A stretch of DNA of 64,000 nucleotides from Chrysomallon squamiferum (Eukaryota > Animalia > Mollusca): the NCBI GenBank assembly GCA_012295275.1, contig CM022668.1, positions 10,416,001 to 10,480,000 of the forward strand. The letters are read 5' to 3'. Shown one piece after another: positions 38,717-51,509 of this stretch (positions within the stretch are counted from its first letter, which is position 1; every line of letters begins with the position of its first letter). Both the position numbers and the translations under genes were made by a program. The notes under the pieces were generated by a model, which saw only the letters and a list, made by a program, of their open reading frames with translations, did not search any database and was not told the origin of the DNA.

Positions 38717-41700
38717 CTGTGTGTGTGGATGTGTTTGTGTGTCTGTGTATATATGTGTATAGATGTATAAAAGGAATACAGAAATATGTAAATAGTACAT
38801 ATTTAAATGTATTCATTGCCTAAACTTTGAAATACTGCTGCTGTACCTTTTTCTGTTTACCTGCACTTTCTATATTGTGGAATTATTTGCCTAATATAAT
38901 GAGCTTTTTTCATTATCATGAATTAACATTTAAAAAGGCAGATTGCATCTAAGTGTGAAAGCATTTTTAATGGTTCATTCATTCCTTTTTCAATCATTCA
39001 GACTTTATCTGCTTGTTGTAGGAAATATGTCAGAACAACATTCAAGAAGGGATATGATGTGTGTACTCGATGATACATCAGATCTGAAAGAAAACATGAC
39101 AGTGGGGTGCAATAATCAAGGAAGAAAAAAGAAAATCAGGACTAAAAGTAAATAGTAGTTTTATTTTTGAAAATAAAATAAAATCAATAAAGTAATCAAT
39201 GGAAAAGCAAATTGAAGAATAAAGGACTTTTTAAATTGAACCTTTAAATGTGATATTTTAAATAATAATAATAAGAAGAAGAAGAAGAATGACAATAATG
39301 ACAGTAACAACAACAGAATCAATAATACTAATAATATTTATTAGAATGTAGTCATTAGACCTAAAGATGGAAAGATGGAAAGTAAATGGTGGTTTTATTT
39401 CTGTAATCAAGTGAATAAGAAAGGAGTTTGAATAATAATAATAACAATAATAATAATAATAATTATAATAATAATAATGACAACAACAACAATAATAACA
39501 GTAATAATAATAATAATAATAATAATGACAATAACAAGAATAATAATAATAATTATTATTATTATTATTGTTGTTGTTGTTTTGAAATCCTGTTAATGTT
39601 TATTAATCATAGTAATAATAATATATATTTGTGTCTGCTTGTGTCTTTTTCTCTCTGTTTCATTATATGTTAAAAATAGCCATTTGAATAATATTTATAC
39701 TTCTTTGCAGAAAAAGAAACAGAAAAATTCGCCAACATGAAACGTGAGTATATGAATTCTTGCATTCTTTTTTATGTTAATTGTGTTGCATCAACTTGTA
39801 TATAACAGACATTTAGTCAGTGTTAAAAAAGGAAATGAAATTAAAATGTTAAAAGAAGAACGAAACATTTCTTTATACTTATTAAACCACGCTGTGTCAA
39901 ATCATAACAAACAATGGAAAAATTCAATCACAGTCGCAGAAAATTGTTATTTAGAGTAACGCTCACATTTCCAGCAAGAGTGGTTCGAGATAGTGTCCTT
40001 TTAGTTTTGACAATTTTGACAAAAATGGGCGAAGGTGCCACTATATATATATATAACAACATTTCTCGAAATCTTGTGAATTCATCTGTATAGAAATAAT
40101 TCTAGATTGGCCGATTGTTTGCTGAGCTATTGCTGACAGCCCATTTTGGTCAAAACTGTGAAAATTGACCGAACAATGTATCGATAGTAGCCTGTGAGAT
40201 CATTCTGAAAGTGGATAACGTGTTTTTCTGATAAAACAAACGGGTGACGTTTCATCAACTACAATTAATATTATTATTACAACTGTTTCTACAACTACGA
40301 CTACAACAATAACTTTTAACATTAATAATCCTCTCATATTTTAAAGGCAATGCTTCAACTCGAATTCAAGACATCAACCCCAACACCTTTGTTCCGATCA
40401 GGGCATTCAGAATGGCAGAAGAAATAATCGTCAACTTTGGAATTGTCGTCATCATAGGAAGTCCGGGATCAGGGAAGTCAACTCTGAGTTTAAATGTTAT
40501 GGAACAAATTGTAAATCGAGAACAAACTCAGTCTGTTTTGGTGACTCATCCTTCTCAGTTCGAAGATATCCCGAGACCTAAAGATTTGGTCAAGCAGAAA
40601 CCGAGAGAAAAGATAATTGTTCTTATCGATGACATTTTTGGTAAGAGCAAACTTGTGTCCGAGTTTCAGAGAGAATGGGAAATGAAATTTGAAACCGTCT
40701 TGTCTTTTGTTGAGTCTGGATTCATGAAGGTGATAATCACGTTTAGGACACAGATATTTTCAGATTGTAAGCAAAGTCTCCGTCAATTTGCCATCTTCAA
40801 CAAGAAACATTTAATTGACCTTCATGGCGAAGATATACATCTGACGTCTGAAGAGAAGAGAAACATTCTGGACAGACACCTAAATTCCAGTGGGATACTC
40901 ATGAAAGAAGAAGATAAAGACAAAGCAGTACGGGAATCATTTCAAGAACTTGGTTTCCCACAGTGCTGTAATTTTTTCGTGAGCTCAGAGAAGGCTCAGA
41001 AGCGTGGAGTTGAATTCTTTAAAAAGCCTGTAGAATTTCTCAATGATCAGTTCGCCATAATTAAAGAAGATAGGTCGAAGCTAAGTCAGTACCAGTACCT
41101 GGTACTGCTCACTGTGTTGTTCAAAGAGGGGGTGTTAAAAGATGATTCTCTGGACCCATTCAAAGATTCATCACATATGCTAGCCTTGATAAGTGAACTG
41201 AAGCACGTGTGTAAAATAAACAGTGATGTTTCGCTAGGTCAGATGAAAGCTTCGGCCAACTCTCTGTGTGGACTGTACTTGACACACAACAACGAGGAGA
41301 GAGAATACACGTTTATTCACCAATCCATATTTGATACATTATTCCTGCAGTTTATATCAGAGTACCAGAAGAAAGGACTCCTCATGTGTCCGGCGACGTT
41401 CCTTCTTCAGTACATCATTACACCTGGTGTGATTAAGGAAAACGAAGAGGCTGTAACAGTTGAGAGGGAAAACTTTCCAGTTCTTGCTGAAAGGTTTACA
41501 GATTTGTTGATGTCGTCCAGCGCAAGACTTATTCTTTCACATCCATCGTTAAAAGATGAAGAATTCCTTAAATATTTGACAGAGGAATTCTGGAAATCGG
41601 TTGTCCCCAAAAAAGTCTTATCACAAACACTTGAAATAGAAAAAGACACTATCCGCTGTTTTTCTTATGCAGATCATTTCAATACTTTGTGGTTAAGTTT

Positions 41701-44680
41701 AAAAAAAACCGGTTGTTATTTCCCAGATATGGAGACAAAGTTACTCGGTCGTGTTCGTAAGAGCATTTCATTATCGACATCGTCAACGACAAGTGTTGCT
41801 GTTGCTGAAGACTGTCGTAGTCTTTCCAGACGTTTTGTGAAAGGTGTCTGCGATTCAACCGACAGTGTTATTACCAACCAGCGCGGCGAAATTCTCGATG
41901 TCTCTTGCTTCACAGGAAACTCTGAAACAACAACATTTCTTTTGAAATGTGGCACTGTTCCAACTGTGACGTCACTAACTGCTGCTGCTCTGTCGAAGAC
42001 AGACGATGTTTCCATATTTAAATTGCTGCTGAAATACAAAAGGAATTTTAATATGAAGGTTGACGATTTCGGATCCATGTTGTATCTGGCGTTAGAAAAA
42101 GGAAATTGGAAAATTTCACGTTTTCTCATTCATCGACTTTGTCAGTTAGAGACTAGTGAACCGGTTCTTCGTCGCGCTCTCAGACAGTTACTACTGCAGT
42201 GTCACGAAGGACTCAGAAAAGCACTGCGAAGGAGACATCGACCACTGACACTTCCCAGCAGTGTCGAAATCAGAGCTGGCGATCTCTTCAGACAATTAAC
42301 AAATCACGTTACCGCAGGAAACTCTAAATTCTGTGCTTTTCTGGCCGCTGCACACGATGATGTCGACATTCTGAAAAAAATTATTAGAACCATTCCAGCC
42401 TGCAAGACTTTAGAGAGCCACAGTGAAAACCTATTACACACAGCATCAAGATACGGATGTGTGGAATCAACAGCTTTTCTTGTGAATCTAGGACTTGACA
42501 TAACTACTGTGAACAAAAAGAAGCAGACGCCGTTACATCTAGCAGCTGAGAACAACATCGCTGACGTTGTCGGATACCTGCTACAGAAAGGTGGGGATCC
42601 TAACGCAGCAGACGTCGATGGAAACTCATCTTTACATTTGGCTGTCAGGGCTCAAAATTTAGAATCTGTTGTAAAGTTGGTGGAGGCTGGAGCCAAACTG
42701 AATGTCCGAAGCAAAGCTAGAAACACGCCTCTCCACATCGCAGCAAAACGTAATTCAGTTAAATTTGTGTCATATATGATAGAAAAAGGATCAAAACTGA
42801 CTTTAAAAAACAATTTGTCTTTGAGTCCTCTTCATCTGTCTTTACATTATAATAAAACCGACGTCATAAAGTATCTAGTGCGTAGTGGATTCAACCTTAA
42901 AGGACCCTGTCCTGTAGTTTACAAAGATTTCCAACGATATCCACTAGCGGGATGTTTTGACATAGCTAGTTTTCTTTTCTCCAGACGAGTAGATGTGAAA
43001 TCTGATCTTTTTACCGTTCTCTTACACAGAGCAGTTCGCTGTGGCGAGGTCATGGCAGTCAGGTTTCTCTTGGAAAAAGGCGTTGACACAGAAAGCACGG
43101 ATGCAGATGGTAAAACTGTTCTTCACGTCGCGTCACGAACTAGCTTTCTAGCGATAGTAAAATTACTGTTAGAACACAAAGCCAATGTAAACAGTTTAGA
43201 CAAAGAACTGTGTACTCCTCTGCACTACGCTTGTCTCAGTGCGGACGTTTTAACAGTGAAAGAACTCTTGAAATCTGGAGCAAAGTCTGGAGTAAAGAAC
43301 AAGAAAGGATTAACCCCTTTGCATTTAGCAGTAAGAATGAGTCAAAAAGACGTGACAGAATCTCTCGTTAAGAGCGGAGCATACATAAATAGTCGAGACA
43401 ATAATGGACAGACGGCTATGTCACTCGCTGCAATAAATGGGTCGTGTGCACTTCTCAAAGTTTTACAAGAAGCTGGAGGCAATGTCAACCATCAGGACCT
43501 AACAGGACGAACACCTTTACATTTAGCTACACTTAACCAACACGCGGATAGCGTATCAACATTACTGGAACTAAAGGCGGATCCTTATCTGCTGGACAAC
43601 AATGGACTGACTTGCTTGCATCATGCAGCAATGCATCGAGATCTGGACGTACTTCAAGTACTACTGGGCAATGACGAGAATCCAGATAGCATGGATTCTG
43701 TTAACCAAACAGCTCTCTGCTACGCCATCATGCGAGGATTAGACAAAAATATTGCGTTACTTTTGAACATAGGCAGTTCACTTGAATGGAGAGACAAAAT
43801 AGGATTGATTCTATTATGCATCTCACCAGAGGTCTATGCACTGCATGTGATGCACGTTATTCTCAAGGCAGGTGAAGATATTAGCTGTATGCGACAACGG
43901 CATCACTCCGCTCATCAGCGCCTGCTCAGTTGGGAAACAAGACGTTGTCGATTTTCTGCTGGACAAAGGCGCTGACCCGAATTACGGAGACGGTGAAGTG
44001 ACAGCAATGCATGCTGCAGCATCGTTTCATCTCACTGAAATCTTACAAAGTCTGCTAGCCAGAGGAGGACGAGTCAATGTTACTTCAAGATCGGGGAACA
44101 GTCCGTTCATTTCGCAGTTTCCAACAAGTTACATGATGTGACAGGATATATGCATGATTTTCTGAAGACGTTAAGTACGTCAGACGACTCATTATGCGAG
44201 ATGCTCAAAACCCTGACAGAGTTTCGTTCACAAAAAGCAGAGACAGATGAATCAGTTCGGCTGAAAGATTTTAAAACACCTACAACAGTTAATCAAACCA
44301 GTGACCAAACCATTACATCTTGTAACGTAGTCGACATCCTCCTAGAAAATGGATGCTGGGTTAACCTTCGTGACGAAGACGGAAATACAGCAGCACATAT
44401 TTGTGTAGAATACAACCAGCCAGAAAATTTGATAATGCTGTTAAAGAAAGGTGCTGATGTAACCATTCTAAACAACGACGGCAACTCCGTTCTCCACGAA
44501 GCAGTAGCGAGGGCACAAGTGTATACTGTGGCTGTTCTGTTGGCTGCTGGTGTAGTTGATGTAGCAAACGCAGAAGGAATTACCGCTCATGATCTGGCCA
44601 GCATTACAATAAACTCTTCTGAAGATGAAAACGTTCAGACAGCTTACACAGAAGTACTTTCTATATTTGAATCTAAATGA
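38130..44680 (+). CDS. STAND NTPase (nSTAND3-like)-ankyrin repeat protein, copy B; exons 38130-38532, 39022-39147, 39711-39743, 40347-(43975 premature stop; ancestral stop 44680)
   Basis: All introns are phase 1 with canonical sites and splice to a 1396-aa ORF. Walker A GSPGSGKS (40457-40480), IIVLIDDIFG, GFPQCC, YTFIHQSIFD, ~15 ankyrin repeats. A 2-bp deletion at ~43889 and a 1-bp deletion at ~44105 versus copy A leave the last repeats in ORFs 43872-44141 and 44138-44680. Confidence 0.87.
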
Positions 44681-46860
44681 AAGTTATTTTACATTGTACT
44701 ATAATAATTACTTTTGCACAAATTGTTTCTATATTTGAATCTAAATAATAGTTATTATGTATTGTACTATAATAATAACTTTTACACAAATACTTTCTAT
44801 ATTTGAATGTAAATAAAAGTAGTCTATATATTCTACAATAATAATAACGTTTACACAAATACTTTGTGTATTTGAATCTAAATAAAAGTTATCTCTATAT
44901 TGTACAATAATAGTTTTACAGAAATACTTTCTATAATTGAATGTAAATAAATTATATGTATATACAATTTGTGTCTTGTATCAGAAGATACTGGAACTGA
45001 AGTTACAGATTTCAACTCTTCAGTTTCTAATGTTTCAATACCCACTGTTGATCACAGTAATATTTCCCAGGCATTAGAAGTGAAACCTAATCTTGAACAG
45101 CTTGAAACTGATGTCCATGCTCAGTTTTCAATGGATCAAACTGAATCATTTACTTGGAAAGCTTTCCATGCAGTTAATGCAGTATCTGATTCAAACAGTG
45201 AGCATGAAGAGGTCCTAACTGAGCATGTGAAAAAGAAATATGATCAAGATTTTACAGTTGTTGTGACACCACCAGCAGTTTCTGCTAATGAACGGAATGA
45301 AGAAAAGACATGTGATTCTGTGAGAAAGTTCAAGTCAACAAAAGGTTCTAAAAATAAGCCAAAGCCTACGAGAGCTGTTATCCCAGTTCTTCACACAAGC
45401 CAAAGATTCACAGACGAGGATGACAGAGAAGATGACTGTACTGAGATTAGTGATAATTCATACAAAACTTATCCACCTAGTCCAGCCAAAACCAGATCAA
45501 AATTAAAAGATTTAGAATCACAATTGAGATCAACAGCTAGAAGAGTGAAACCAACTCAGAAAAAATTGGAAATGATGGTTGAGCAAAAATCAAAGTCCAA
45601 AGTAGAATCAAATGCTAAAAAGAAGAATGTGACAAAAGATGAAATAACAAGTAAAAAATCAGTTAAAAAATCAGAGAAACAACCTTTGAGAAAAGGATCT
45701 TCAGTTAAAACAGCAGATAAAAAAACAAAACCTGAGAAAAATGTTATGTTTCATGAACTGAAAAGTGAAAAGTCCAAAAATAAAGCACCCAAAAACCTTA
45801 AATGTAGGTTATGTGACAAAGTGTTTGATTCTGTAAAACAGTACATAAACCACACTCGCATCCCTTGCAAGATGAAAATTACCAGAAAATGGTCTCAGAA
45901 GGTTTTAAGACCCAACAGATCTGTACCTCCAGCTTGGAAGCCAAGACCAGGTAAAAGAAAACTGAGAGATCTCAAGAAAGTAAATCCAATTCAAACCCAA
46001 CGCTGCCAAAAAATACCAAGAACAAAATTCAGACCTGCAACACCACAACTAAGCATCACTGAATCATTTAAAGAAAAACAGCTTCTACCACAACATGAAA
46101 CTGATGTAAAGAAACTGACAGAAAAACAACTCTTTTTTTACAAATTAGGTTTAACATGTTCAGATCATTTTCTGTTGAAAAATCTTAATGGTTATATAAA
46201 ACCAAATGACCAACTTTTTACAGTACAGACAGGAAGTATTTCAAACAACGAAGATATTCCTGTGACTGCTTTTTGGGAAAAAGGTTGTTCTTTCGTTAAG
46301 GAAGGCAAAGAAACTTTAGATGAGATTTCACAATATAACACTGTGAATTCTCCAAACATTTTGCTGAATTCCAAGAATGTAAATCATTCAACACCAGAAA
46401 AACATTTAACACTGTCACCATCAGCTCCAGCCAGTTCTAATGTTTACAGTGGAACTGAAGCATCTCTTAACAGTAAAAAACAGCATTCTGTACCAAAAAT
46501 AACTGCAACAGGCTTTGTGAAATCTCCTCAGAAAAAGGAAGACAGAAATTTATTTGAAACGCTTGGTAGGGAAATGATTTCCAAGAAACAGCCAGTATCA
46601 CTTTCAAGAACAAACATAACTTCTCTTCCTCAAAGACTGGCAGAGCAGACAAACAAGGATATATTTGGTATAAAAATAATAAATAACTTTTACACAAATA
46701 CTTTCTATATTTGAATCTAAATGAAAGTTATATTAGTAAATACTCTACAATAATAATAACTTTTTACAAAAATGCTGTCTATATTTGAATCTAAAAAAAA
46801 GTATTATTTTTAAGTATTGTACAGTAAAGATCACTTACTTTTGAATCTAAATAAAAGTTT
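44644..46860 (+). repeat. 69-bp minisatellite paralogue, split into 44644-44966 and ~46670-46860 by a 1.7-kb insertion
   Basis: Unit-by-unit collinear with 21914-22360 on both sides of the insert. Confidence 0.85.
44969..46714 (+). CDS. Inserted gene fragment: Lys/Ser-rich ORF with one C2H2/C2HC-type zinc finger (581 codons, no stops)
   Basis: LKCRLCDKVFDSVKQYINHTRIPC matches C-x2-C-x12-H-x4-C. Absent from the paralogous site at ~22170. TTG start only, so probably an internal exon of another gene. Confidence 0.6.
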   Translation: MCLVSEDTGTEVTDFNSSVSNVSIPTVDHSNISQALEVKPNLEQLETDVHAQFSMDQTESFTWKAFHAVNAVSDSNSEHEEVLTEHVKKKYDQDFTVVVTPPAVSANERNEEKTCDSVRKFKSTKGSKNKPKPTRAVIPVLHTSQRFTDEDDREDDCTEISDNSYKTYPPSPAKTRSKLKDLESQLRSTARRVKPTQKKLEMMVEQKSKSKVESNAKKKNVTKDEITSKKSVKKSEKQPLRKGSSVKTADKKTKPEKNVMFHELKSEKSKNKAPKNLKCRLCDKVFDSVKQYINHTRIPCKMKITRKWSQKVLRPNRSVPPAWKPRPGKRKLRDLKKVNPIQTQRCQKIPRTKFRPATPQLSITESFKEKQLLPQHETDVKKLTEKQLFFYKLGLTCSDHFLLKNLNGYIKPNDQLFTVQTGSISNNEDIPVTAFWEKGCSFVKEGKETLDEISQYNTVNSPNILLNSKNVNHSTPEKHLTLSPSAPASSNVYSGTEASLNSKKQHSVPKITATGFVKSPQKKEDRNLFETLGREMISKKQPVSLSRTNITSLPQRLAEQTNKDIFGIKIINNFYTNTFYI

Positions 46861-47484
46861 CATTTTCATGCTTAACAGTTTTTAATGATAAAGGAAACTT
46901 TAATGAGCTGAACATCTCTGTTTATTTTAAAAACCACGGATTTCGTTTGTAAAGCTCTAGCAAGATTATTATAACAATTATCTGAGTTATCTTGTGTGTG
47001 TTAATCTATTATGCCACGCGTGTCAAAAATAATAAAGAATAATAAAAACAACCCAATTACTTCGCGCACTTACGTTGTTTATCATTTAAAACTAATTCCA
47101 GTTATTGTTACCCAATATAAATATGACAACATCGATTTCCAGGGGGTTGCTCCGAACAAGATTATCCGATTAACTTTGACGATAATCCCCTAATGTTAAT
47201 CCCTTTGGTACTGTAAACAGACAGCTAATAATCTAAACGTGCGAATGTCGTTTATGAAAATCTCTGTAACCTGTTTTTGTAAATAGACTCGTCCAGGTAA
47301 TTAATCCTCGTCTTTATTTTTACCCGTTCAATCAGTAAATTGTATTTAGTGCGCAAGGTAAAGCAAAAATTCTGGTAAGACATTACATTATTTCTTTACT
47401 TATTAACATTTTAATTATATTTTAAAGAGTACGTGTTTATATTTTGTTTAATTTCGAGTGGTTGATTGTTTCATTCGTTGTACT

Positions 47485-47523
<39 letters not shown>

Positions 47524-47718
47524 TAATTACTGTTTAATTAATAATAAATATATGAAGATCATGCATTTAAAATTTAGATGTTCATTCTCAAATGATTTAA
47601 TTTGTGATGGGCATTTTTATATCATCATAATCATTTTTTTATTAATTTATAATTTAAATGTCCGTTATCAAATAATAGACTTTGATTCTTATTTTGATTC
47701 TTCTTCTTCTTCTTCTTC

Positions 47719-47753
<35 letters not shown>

Positions 47754-47798
47754 TATCTATTTATTTACTTCATTGTTGCGTTGTTCTTTTCTATCCCT

Positions 47799-47875
<77 letters not shown>

Positions 47876-48724
47876 TCTCTGTGTGTGGGTGCGTCTGTGT
47901 GTTTTTTCTTCTTTTTCCTTTTTTTTTCCTTTTTTTGGGAGATACTATTTTGAGAATTTATTTTCTTAAAGCGGTTTTCTTAAAACGTCACGATGTTTGC
48001 TAACCTTTAAAATAATTATTCAATAATTGTTTGACAACATGTTCTAATAACTAATTCTATTCTTACTCACACGCACGCACACACGCTTAAACTACGTAAC
48101 ATGGTGTGCCCGGGTTATGCAAACACTTTTCTTCACCGTTCTGTATGAAACTTCTAAGCCTCCTATCTAAACTTAATCCTTTGGCTTTTCATTCGCTAGA
48201 GTTATCCTCTCTTGTTCGCGCATGCTCAGCTAAACATGACCGGAAAGCGGTTAACAGTGGTGATATTTCTAGTTAGTTGGAAGTGAGATTTTTAACTGGT
48301 TGGACTGTACGTGTTTATCGTTGAATGTTGTGTTGGAAAAAGTCGAGCTGTTTTGATCAAAAGACTTATGGAAATTTAGTCAAGAAGAGAGGATTGCGAA
48401 AACTGGGTTGAGAGAAAACAAAAGTTAAAGGTAATTTTTTTTTTTAATTTCGATAAATCGTATGTTTTCAGAATCGAGTTTTGTTACCTAAATTACTGCA
48501 GCAAATTTCTTGTGATATAAATTATTTGGAGATTTCGAGGTGATATTTCCATGATATCTGATTATTATTAATGTCTCTCACAACATATAATTCTGACTTA
48601 CATTATTGTTTATATAATTTCGTCTTGTTTTTATACTCGTTAAACTAGAACAGAGTTGCTTTAATACAGATTTCTCGAAATGTTTCAGATTAAAAACACA
48701 AGTACCAGTTTCTTGTTAATTCTC

Positions 48725-48845
<121 letters not shown>

Positions 48846-49001
48846 TGAGACAGTATCAAGTAACAGTATGTTTACGGTCGCATACATACAATGAAAAGCG
48901 CTCAGCGATACTGATTCAGCCTTGTAACGAGTACCACACCTCTATTCAGCTTGCTTTCAATTTGCATTCTCAATCTTATCTCCTGCTTTAAAGTGCAGGT
49001 G

Positions 49002-49039
49002 GCGCCCCCTGATGGGATTAACTAACAACTAGGTGGCGT
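49002..49039. promoter_or_regulatory. Pair of CTCF-like motifs in divergent orientation
   Basis: Minus strand CCATCAGGGGGCGC (49002-49015) and plus strand CAACTAGGTGGCGT (49026-49039) versus CTCF core CCAC(C/T)AG(G/A)(G/T)GGCGC. Confidence 0.5.
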
Positions 49040-49961
49040 GTTACAGTGGGAACAGATTCATTATTTGTTAGTGTCGAATACAAATCTTCAGTGCAGCTAC
49101 AACAAACAAGTATAAAGAGGAAAACATTAGGTTTGACAATCGGCGGTTATTCATTGTCGTTTCCACTCGATGGCTTTTGACACTTTAAATATTTTTATTC
49201 CAGTTTAAGTGCCCTAGGGCATGTTTTTCAGATGCTAAGGGTTAACATACCGATAAACTTGGAACAATATTCTGTTGTTATTTTAAACAATAATGTGTGA
49301 AACATCAATGAAACACGTTGTCAACGCTCTCGGAATCGTTCGGTTAAGAACAGGGACCACAAAATTGATAATTAATTTTACTAAAATAAATAACTTGTTT
49401 ATTTATTTATTTGTTTGTTTATTTATTTATTTATTTGTTTATTTGTTTATTTATTTATTTATTTATTTATTTGTTTATTTATTTATTTATTATCAATTAT
49501 TGTTATTTATTTTTATATTTTAATTTTTTGTTTTTAAATTGTTTTAGTTTATTCATTCCTTTCCTGAAAATTTCCAACAGAAATTTTATTTTTCAAGATG
49601 TGTCATTCTGATAATTTAATTAAATCAGATTTACTATTACTGTGTTAGTACTGTTTCTTTCTTCATCTAATTATCATCTTCATTATTACTAATCTTACTA
49701 TCATATTATTATTATTGTTGTTGTTGTTGTTGTTGTTGTTGTTATTATTATTATTATTATTATTATCTGGCACGTACTACCAAACAGTAAAAACAACCAC
49801 ATATATATATATATATATATAAGCAAATAAAAAAAAAAGCATTAATGAAAGAAAAGAAGAAAGAAAAAGCTGATAAATGTAATCAATACACTGGAAATTT
49901 AAATGTCCATTATCAAATAACTTCGTGACGGATATTTTATATCACTGAAACAACAAGATCG

Positions 49962-50161
49962 NNNNNNNNNNNNNNNNNNNNNNNNNNNNNNNNNNNNNNN
50001 NNNNNNNNNNNNNNNNNNNNNNNNNNNNNNNNNNNNNNNNNNNNNNNNNNNNNNNNNNNNNNNNNNNNNNNNNNNNNNNNNNNNNNNNNNNNNNNNNNNN
50101 NNNNNNNNNNNNNNNNNNNNNNNNNNNNNNNNNNNNNNNNNNNNNNNNNNNNNNNNNNNNN
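49962..50161. other. Assembly gap (200 N)
   Basis: Seen directly; flanks align to 24694 and ~27133 of the first duplicate. Confidence 0.99.
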
Positions 50162-50508
50162 TATACTGTTGAGATTTAATTAAAACAGGGACAGGCCGGT
50201 GCATGTAAATTACCTTCATTTACATATATATATATATACAATCACATGTACAAACACGTATATTCGTAGATTAAAGACAACAATAAATACATTTTAGAAA
50301 AAGAATATATATATAGATATATATATATATAAGTAATAATAATAGTAAAAATTGCTTATACCATAAAGTTTAATGCGTTTTTTAGTTGTTGTTTTTTTGT
50401 TGGATTTTCTTTTCCTTTTTTTATGTTTTATATATATTTAAAATGTATTTATTATTCTTTCGTCTCACTAACTAAATACGTTTGCTGTGACTTTCTGCAG
50501 CTTTCACA

Positions 50509-50586
<78 letters not shown>

Positions 50587-50685
50587 TCTTGATTTATGTT
50601 GATATTATTTACGAGACTTACACCCGTCGTTGTTCTGAGTCACTCTGTCCCTGATAAAAGCCACTGTTTTATTTGGGTTTCTCTC

Positions 50686-51271
50686 GACTAGAAATGACTA
50701 CGTTAATAGTAGTCAAACTATTGAAATGAACGAGTACGACAAACTCAAGTGGAACGAGAATTCAAGTAACACGTATGAAAAGATAACAGCAATACAATTT
50801 TCAGTGTTAATGCGAGTTTATATGCATTTTAGTGTGTTTTAGTGTGAAGTCCAGATTTCGTGTCAAAATGTGCACATAGTTTACATTCATCTGTGTAATC
50901 AGTTAGATTAAGTATTCTTTCTTTTACCTTTGTACAAATAAAGATGTAATCTGTATTTAATATTATATTATTCTCGTGTTAATTTTGTGTTTAAATGTTA
51001 CGTTAATATCGAGTTTTGGGGGGTAATTAAGTGCTTCCCCTTATTTTAGTTTTATTTATAGATTTACATGTTGCGCTATTCTCGTGTTATTTGAGTATTT
51101 AAATGTTACGTTATTCTCATGTTACTGGTGTATTTAAATATTACGTTGTTATTACATTGTATTTGACTGAGCTATTCTTGTAACAATATTCAGTCTGTTC
51201 TTGTAAATATTTAACAGTCGATATATAAACACCCACCTAAAGATAAAATGATATTTCTTTAATTTGCCTCA

Positions 51272-51274
<3 letters not shown>
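50686..51274. mobile_element. ~590-bp insertion at the start of a (CT)n tract; possible non-autonomous Helitron/Helentron-type element
   Basis: Absent at the paralogous site (~28670). Left end ACTAGAAA followed by hairpin TGACTAC-gttaata-GTAGTCA (reads ...CTAG|T on the minus strand); internal degenerate TTATTCTCGTGTTA repeats. Confidence 0.4.
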
Positions 51275-51362
<88 letters not shown>

Positions 51363-51470
51363 ATTGCACTGTGATTGCTGTCGACTGCATATAAATTCGT
51401 TTTCTGTATAATATTATATTCTAATTATCATCTATGTCCGAAATTCTTCAGTTTAATCTTCTTTTTAATT

Positions 51471-51509
<39 letters not shown>

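Noticed and set aside
40412-43975. Bacterial Avs/endosymbiont ankyrin gene or contamination
   Set aside because: In-frame spliceosomal exons upstream, animal LYPD6-like neighbours and microsatellite-rich flanks show a host nuclear gene; ancient transfer cannot be judged without phylogeny.
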